From positions 1-19,035 of the forward strand of contig DATECS010000365.1 of the NCBI GenBank assembly GCA_035286785.1: a stretch of DNA of 19,035 bases. The letters are read 5' to 3'. The notes beneath the pieces were generated by a model that worked only from the letters and a program-made list of their open reading frames with translations, was not told the DNA's origin and did not search any database. This DNA is from Thermoguttaceae bacterium. GTDB lineage: Bacteria > Planctomycetota > Planctomycetia > Pirellulales > Thermoguttaceae. The translations under genes and the position numbers were made by a program. This document shows positions 14,568-19,035 of this stretch, in pieces. How positions within the stretch are numbered: position 1 is the first letter of the stretch; each line of letters starts with the position of its first letter.

Positions 14568-16055
14568 ATGATTTGCGTCAGCATTGGCCGTAGTCGCCAC
14601 AAGATGGTCATTGCCGAGCATCGGCATCTGGTTGAACAGGGGGCTCGGCTTGTCGAGTTGCGGCTGGATTATATTCGCGGCGAGGTGAATTTGCGGCGGC
14701 TGTTGAACGACCGGCCGTGTCCCGTACTGATTAGTTGCCGGCGTCAGGCGGACGGGGGACGATGGTCGGGCACGGAAGAGCAGCGGATGATGCTGTTGCG
14801 CACGGCGATTGCCGAGGGCGTCGAGTACGTCGATCTCGAGGAGGACGTGGCCGGCACGGTGCCTCGGTTCGGCAAGACGAAGCGCGTGATCAGCATCCAT
14901 GATTTTCGCAAGACGCCCGATGATCTGGAGGCGATCCACCGGCGGTTGAGTCAGTTGGACCCGGACGTGATCAAGATCTGCACGATGGCCAACCGGCCGC
15001 GCGACAACGTGCGGATGCTCCAGTTGGTGCGCAAGGCCCAGACGCCGACGGTGGGCGTTTGCATGGGCGACATCGGCGTGCCGACGCGGATTTTGGCCGG
15101 GCGGTTCGGGGCTCCGTTCACATTCGCCACGTTCAGCGAGGAGCGGGCGCTGGCGCCGGGCCAGTTGAGCTTCGAGCAGATGGTGAACGTCTATCGCTAC
15201 GACCGGATCAACGCCGAGACCGAGGTCTACGGTGTGATCGCCGATCCGGTGGGCCACAGCCTCAGCCCGGTGATCCACAACGCGGCGTTCGCCGAGGCGA
15301 ACCTGAACAAGGTTTACCTGCCGATTCGCGTGCCGCGCGAGGATCTTAAATTGTTCATTGAAGAAGCGGGCGAGTTGGGCCTCAAGGGCCTGAGCGTGAC
15401 GATTCCTCACAAGGAAGGCGTGCTGCCGCTTTTGACCAAATCGGACGGCGTCGTTCAGGGAATCGGGGCGTGCAACACGATCGTGTTCGACGGGCCGGAG
15501 CGGATCGGCTACAACACGGACTATCGCGCGGCGATGGAGAGTCTCGAAGAAGCGTGTGCCGGCGAGAGTGGCCAAGAGAAACCGTTGGCCGGAAAATCGG
15601 CCCTGGTGCTCGGCGCGGGCGGCGTGGGCAAGGCGATCGCCTTCGGGCTGGTCCGCCGCGGGGCTTCGGTCGTGGTGACCGACGGCCGTACCCAGGCCGC
15701 CGGACGACTGGCCGCCGCGCTGAAATGCCGCGCGGTCGATTGGGCCAAACGCCACACGGTTTCGGCCGACGTGCTGGTGAACTGCACGCCGATCGGGATG
15801 CACCCGAACGTCGATGAAACGCCGTTTCCCAAGCACCACCTGCGGCCGACGATGGTCGTGTTTGACGCGGTTTACAATCCGGAGTCCACGTTGCTGGTCA
15901 AGGACGCGCGGTATCAGAACTGCCGCGTGGTCACGGGCGTGGATATGTTCGTGCGTCAGGCGTGTTTGCAGTTCAAATTGTTCACCGGCCAGGACGGACC
16001 GGTCGAGACGATGCGCGACGTGGTGCGGCGGACCATTGCGGCGGCGAAGTATTGA
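14568..16055 (+). CDS. aroDE: Bifunctional 3-dehydroquinate dehydratase (type I) / shikimate 5-dehydrogenase
   Basis: The N-terminal half is type I DHQase-like (ICVSIGRSRH...LVELRLDY...ISIHDF...VIKICTMA). The C-terminal half is AroE-like (GVIADPVGHSLSPVIHNAAF...LVLGAGGVGKAIAFGL...NCTPIGM). Confidence 0.9.
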   Translation: MICVSIGRSRHKMVIAEHRHLVEQGARLVELRLDYIRGEVNLRRLLNDRPCPVLISCRRQADGGRWSGTEEQRMMLLRTAIAEGVEYVDLEEDVAGTVPRFGKTKRVISIHDFRKTPDDLEAIHRRLSQLDPDVIKICTMANRPRDNVRMLQLVRKAQTPTVGVCMGDIGVPTRILAGRFGAPFTFATFSEERALAPGQLSFEQMVNVYRYDRINAETEVYGVIADPVGHSLSPVIHNAAFAEANLNKVYLPIRVPREDLKLFIEEAGELGLKGLSVTIPHKEGVLPLLTKSDGVVQGIGACNTIVFDGPERIGYNTDYRAAMESLEEACAGESGQEKPLAGKSALVLGAGGVGKAIAFGLVRRGASVVVTDGRTQAAGRLAAALKCRAVDWAKRHTVSADVLVNCTPIGMHPNVDETPFPKHHLRPTMVVFDAVYNPESTLLVKDARYQNCRVVTGVDMFVRQACLQFKLFTGQDGPVETMRDVVRRTIAAAKY

Positions 16056-16065
16056 GTCGGAAGTT

Positions 16066-16120
16066 CACCACGGAGACACGGAGGGCACGGAATAAAGTGA
16101 AACCGCGAATGAACGCGGAT
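16066..16120 (+). repeat. Truncated copy (left arm only) of the 9199..9345 palindromic element
   Basis: CACCACGGAGACACGGAGGGCACGGAATAAAGTGAAACCGCGAATGAACGCGGAT compared with 9199-9253: about 85% identity. Both copies start 11-24 nt after a stop codon. Confidence 0.7.
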
Positions 16121-16122
16121 TG

Positions 16123-16146
16123 GTAGGATGTGTGCTTGCACGCATC
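16123..16146 (+). repeat. 24-bp GTAGG-headed palindrome, copy 2
   Basis: GTAGGATGTGTGCTTGCACGCATC. It differs by one mismatch from the reverse complement of 11884..11907. Confidence 0.75.
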
Positions 16147-16184
16147 AAAATAGATATCCGCGATTTTCCGAGGTTCTATTTGTT

Positions 16185-16208
16185 CGTCGAGCAGGCTCGA
16201 CGGCTAAC
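16185..16208 (-). repeat. Solo REP unit of the RAYT-flanking family (reverse orientation)
   Basis: CGTCGAGCAGGCTCGACGGCTAAC is the exact reverse complement of GTTAGCCGTCGAGCCTGCTCGACG in 2806-2829. Confidence 0.85.
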
Positions 16209-16215
16209 TACTTCT

Positions 16216-16244
16216 CCCCCGAAATCCCCAAATCCCCAAATCCC
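16216..16244 (+). repeat. Tandem octamer tract (CCCCGAAAT)(CCCCAAAT)(CCCCAAAT)CCC, then TTTTCCCC, abutting the aroK ATG
   Basis: Direct reading of the sequence. The context CCCC-ATG matches that at mutL. Confidence 0.85.
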
Positions 16245-16252
16245 TTTTCCCC

Positions 16253-16795
16253 ATGTCCCTCATTCTGATCGGTTATCGCGCGACGGGCAAGACGACGCTC
16301 GCCCGGCTTTTGGCCGAGCGGCTTGGCTGGGATTGGGTGGATGCGGACGTCGAGATTGAGCGGCGGGCGGGCAAGTCGATTGCCCGGATTTTTGCCGAGG
16401 AGGGCGAGGCGGCGTTTCGTGATATCGAGGTTCGCGTCACGGCCGAATTGTGCCGACGCGAGCGGTTGGTGATCGCGGCCGGGGGCGGGGCGCCGATGCG
16501 TGAGGAGAATCGCCGGGCGATGCGAGCCGCCGGGCCGGTGGTTTGGCTTCGTGCCCTGCCCGAGACGATTCACCGCCGGATGTCGGGCGACGCGACGACC
16601 GCCGGGCGACGGCCGGATCTGACGGATCGGGGGGGCTTGGGCGAGATCGTTGAACTACTCCGCCGGCGGGAGCCGATCTATCGGGAGACGGCCCTGTTGG
16701 AGATCGACACGGAAGGCCGGTTGCCCGAGCAGTTGGCGGCCGAGATTCTCCGGCGGCTTTCCCTCGGCTCCGACGCCGTCCGGAATCCAAGTTAG
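16253..16795 (+). CDS. aroK: Shikimate kinase
   Basis: 180 aa. P-loop: LIGYRATGKTT. It also has DxD (WVDADVEIERR) and LID-like segments. It lies downstream of aroD/E. Confidence 0.9.
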   Translation: MSLILIGYRATGKTTLARLLAERLGWDWVDADVEIERRAGKSIARIFAEEGEAAFRDIEVRVTAELCRRERLVIAAGGGAPMREENRRAMRAAGPVVWLRALPETIHRRMSGDATTAGRRPDLTDRGGLGEIVELLRRREPIYRETALLEIDTEGRLPEQLAAEILRRLSLGSDAVRNPS

Positions 16796-16945
16796 CAGTC
16801 GCGTCAAAATAACCCTGATGGAAATCGAGAACTGTTCAAAAAAGGGAACACTAATTTTCGCTAATTTCCACTAATTCTCATCAGTGTCGATTAGTGCGGA
16901 TTAGTGTTCTTCAAAGGATAGTCAACTTGTTTTGACGCGACTGCT
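16794..16945. mobile_element. MITE-like 152-bp low-GC element with perfect 16-bp terminal inverted repeats and nested internal inverted repeats
   Basis: The TIR is AGCAGTCGCGTCAAAA (16794-16809) with TTTTGACGCGACTGCT (16930-16945). Inner inverted repeats are GAACACTAAT/ATTAGTGTTC (16846-16855 and 16900-16909) and CACTAAT/ATTAGTG. Internal GC is about 38% against about 65% in the flanks. The left TIR overlaps the aroK TAG stop codon. Confidence 0.45.
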
Positions 16946-17027
16946 TAGCCGCCGCGCCCACGCGGCGATTGGGGAGAGAGGTAGGGCGGGGTTGATTCGC
17001 TGATCGCGGGTTTGAGCGGCCGCGCAT

Positions 17028-17096
17028 GGTGGGGCGATTTGCTCGCGAAGGTTTTTGTGGCGCGGAGACGTAGGTGTGCGAGCAAATCGCCCCACC
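17028..17096. repeat. Perfect 19-bp inverted repeat (GGTGGGGCGATTTGCTCGC, 31-nt loop) with a GTAGGG head on the right arm, 30 nt upstream of pilD
   Basis: 17028-17046 and 17078-17096 are exact reverse complements. The outer GTAGGGCGGGG (16981-16991) and CCCCACCCTAC (17090-17100) are also near-complementary. Confidence 0.75.
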
Positions 17097-17127
17097 CTAC
17101 GAGAATTCGAGACATGAAGGAAACGGC

Positions 17128-18405
17128 GTGAATTGGATTTTGGCCATTTCGTTGGAAGCGCGCATGGCGGCGCTGTTCGTGCTTGGCGCGGCGCTGGGCG
17201 GCCTGGCCAATCTGGCGGCCTATCGGTTGGCGTGGAATCGTCGGGCGATCAGTCCGCTTTCCGCGCCCGACGCCAAGGCGCCGCCGCGGCATTGGTTTGA
17301 TCGCGTGCCGATCTTCGGGTGGCTGGGGCTCTGGCGCGAGACGCCGTTGCATGGGCGGGGATTTTGGGTTCGGCCGATGGCGGTCGAACTGGCGGCGGCG
17401 TTCGGCTTGGCGTGGCTTTATAGCTGGGAAGTGGCCGACGCGGGACTGTTGCCGGCCGGGCTTCGTGGTCAGGCCCCGGCGGCGTGGTTGACGGCGATGC
17501 ACGCGCAGTTCGCCGCGCACACGCTGCTGGCGTGGCTGATGCTGGTGGCCACACTGATCGATCTGGATGAAAAAACGATTCCCGATGCGATCACCGTGTC
17601 GGGGACGCTTGCGGGACTTCTGGTCATGTGGCTATGGCCGGGCGTGGCGTTGCCTGATGCGTCGGGACTGTTTGGACAAAACGCATTGCCTCCCGTGTGT
17701 CCAACAATGGTGTTTAGCTCGCCGGGCGCGGCGCCGGGTTGGCCGGGCGGATTTCCGACGGTTTGGCCGCTTATCGTCGGGTTGGGTTGCTGGACATTGT
17801 GGTGTTTTGGTCTTCTGCGGCGCGACTGGTACACCCGACACGGGCTAGGCAGAGCGGTGAAATTGTGTCTGGCGAGACTCGGACGCGATCCTTCGACCGT
17901 GTGGATCGGCGCGTTGGCGATCGGCGGCGCGGGCGTGATCGCGGCGGCGTGGGCGATCGGTGGGCGCGGGTGGTCGTCGTTGGTCACCGCGTTGGTCGGC
18001 ATGGCCGGGGCGGCGGGGCTGGTTTGGGCGGTTCGGCTGATCGGCGCGGCGGCGATGCGCCGCGAGGCGATGGGTTTCGGCGACGTCACGCTCCTGGGAA
18101 TGATCGGCGTTTTTATCGGCTGGCAGGCGTCGGTGCTCGTTTTCTTTCTCGCGCCGTTGGTCGCGGTGGTTGTCGGACTTGTCCGCTACACGCTCTGCCG
18201 CGACAAGGAGATCCCCTACGGGCCGTTTTTGTGCCTGGCGGCGCTGTTTGTCCTGGTCCGGTGGGACGCGGTTTGGGACTGGGCTCGGCCCATGTTCACG
18301 CCCGATTGGCTCGTGCCGTGCGCGCTGGTGATCTGCATGGTGTTGTTGGGCGTGCTGCTGGGATTGTGGCAGGCGGTCAAGCGGTTGTTGTTTCATCGGC
18401 CATGA
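17128..18405 (+). CDS. pilD: Type IV prepilin leader peptidase (A24 family), unusually long
   Basis: The first catalytic Asp region is ATLIDLDEKTIPD. The second is GFGDVTLLGMIGVFIGW (GxGDxKL-like). The protein is multi-pass hydrophobic. The GTG at 17128 follows GAAGGA by 6 nt (ATG 17164 is an alternative). It carries a Trp/Gly/Pro-rich insert of about 130 aa between the catalytic blocks. The N-terminal CxxC zinc motif is absent. Confidence 0.75.
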   Translation: MNWILAISLEARMAALFVLGAALGGLANLAAYRLAWNRRAISPLSAPDAKAPPRHWFDRVPIFGWLGLWRETPLHGRGFWVRPMAVELAAAFGLAWLYSWEVADAGLLPAGLRGQAPAAWLTAMHAQFAAHTLLAWLMLVATLIDLDEKTIPDAITVSGTLAGLLVMWLWPGVALPDASGLFGQNALPPVCPTMVFSSPGAAPGWPGGFPTVWPLIVGLGCWTLWCFGLLRRDWYTRHGLGRAVKLCLARLGRDPSTVWIGALAIGGAGVIAAAWAIGGRGWSSLVTALVGMAGAAGLVWAVRLIGAAAMRREAMGFGDVTLLGMIGVFIGWQASVLVFFLAPLVAVVVGLVRYTLCRDKEIPYGPFLCLAALFVLVRWDAVWDWARPMFTPDWLVPCALVICMVLLGVLLGLWQAVKRLLFHRP

Positions 18406-18420
18406 AAACGGAGTCGGCGG

Positions 18421-18909
18421 ATGGCTCCTCTGTTTGAGACGGTCACGAATTTTGGGCAGGGCGCCGACGTTTTGCGCCGGCGGCCGTATGGCGTGATCGA
18501 AATGGCGGCCGGCCGGTTTGTCAGGGTCCGGTTGCGCCCCTGGCCCAAGCTGCCCTCGCTGGGAGGCGTGCTATTGCTAGGCAAGCTCCGCCACGAGTGG
18601 TTTGCCGAGGACCGGTGTCTGCTGTTTTACGACCAGCCGCGGCAACATCCGAACTACCTGGCGGTGAAGTACATCGTGTCGGGCAAGGGGACGTCGTATC
18701 GGACGGCTTTCCGCGTAATGGACGTACTCGACGAGATCGCCCGAATCAAGCGGACCGACGCCCTGTTGTGCGAACTGGCCACGTGGCGCATCTCGCGCGA
18801 AATGATGCGGCGCTGGGGCTGGGAGCCGCACCCGGTGAGCCGCTGGCGGCGACACTACATCAAGCGGTTTTATGGGGAGTATCCGGCGAGGGCGAGGTGG
18901 ATGGATTAG
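18421..18909 (+). CDS. Hypothetical Arg/Trp-rich protein of 162 aa
   Basis: The ATG follows GGAG and lies 13 nt after the pilD stop (15 nt from stop codon to ATG). It shows no recognisable motifs. The TAG stop is supplied by the first unit of the GGATTAG array. Confidence 0.4.
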   Translation: MAPLFETVTNFGQGADVLRRRPYGVIEMAAGRFVRVRLRPWPKLPSLGGVLLLGKLRHEWFAEDRCLLFYDQPRQHPNYLAVKYIVSGKGTSYRTAFRVMDVLDEIARIKRTDALLCELATWRISREMMRRWGWEPHPVSRWRRHYIKRFYGEYPARARWMD

Positions 18910-19014
18910 GGATTAGGGATTAGGGATTAGGGATTAGGGATTAGGGATTAGGGATTAGGGATTAGGGATTAGGGATTAGGGATTAGGGATTAGGGATTAG
19001 GGATTAGGGATTAG
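18903..19014 (+). repeat. Perfect tandem array (GGATTAG)x16
   Basis: 112 bp with zero mismatches. G3 tracts are separated by ATTA loops. The array continues to within 21 nt of the window end. Confidence 0.95.
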
Positions 19015-19035
19015 AGGGTGGGTAGTTTACGTAGG

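Noticed and set aside
11929-15839. ORFs 11929..13809 (-), 12141..13352 (+) and 14478..15839 (-)
   Set aside because: They lie antisense to or out of frame with mutL and aroD/E.
17469-18396. ORFs 17469..18089 (-), 17739..18437 (+) and 17845..18396 (-) within pilD
   Set aside because: They are shadow ORFs. The pilD frame carries both catalytic Asp motifs.
18903-19014. Interpreting the GGATTAG array as a chromosome telomere
   Set aside because: The unit is a 7-mer, not a known telomerase repeat. Degenerate copies of the same unit occur internally at gene 5' ends (mutL, aroK, rpsO), so this is a dispersed microsatellite family rather than a terminus. The window ends 21 nt after the array, so its full context is not visible.

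Overview
High-GC (about 65%) bacterial chromosomal window. It carries mostly housekeeping genes, but the intergenic spaces are densely packed with repeats and low-GC insertions. Genes, left to right: an NfeD-like gene and a flotillin gene (minus strand); a REP-associated tyrosine transposase (RAYT) with HuH and YxxNNPV motifs, flanked by near-identical 87-bp direct repeats built from palindromic REP hairpins; comEC (DNA-uptake channel with a metallo-beta-lactamase domain); rpsO and pnp; a soluble histidine kinase with a sigma-54-dependent NtrC-family response regulator; mutL (endonuclease type, no MutH partner implied); a low-GC leucine-rich-repeat membrane protein; the bifunctional aroD/aroE gene and aroK; a long type IV prepilin peptidase; and a hypothetical protein. 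Non-coding content is the most notable part. (1) A REPtron, plus a solo REP copy about 12.6 kb away. (2) At least three further families of GTAGG-headed palindromes, arranged BIME-like, in intergenic regions. (3) A 147-bp imperfect palindromic element with T-runs after pnp, with a truncated copy after aroD/E. (4) A 152-bp low-GC MITE-like element with 16-bp terminal inverted repeats, placed exactly at the aroK stop codon. (5) A family of C-rich 7-8-mer microsatellites (CAATCCC, TAATCCC, CCAAATCC) directly upstream of the mutL and aroK start codons and in the rpsO leader; the G-rich complement forms a perfect 16-copy GGATTAG array, with G-quadruplex potential, at the right edge of the window. 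Three genes (rayT, aroK and the last ORF) take their stop codons from repeat sequence. No tRNA, rRNA or CRISPR was found. No obvious multi-gene defence or biosynthetic system is present; the novelty lies in the repeat biology.
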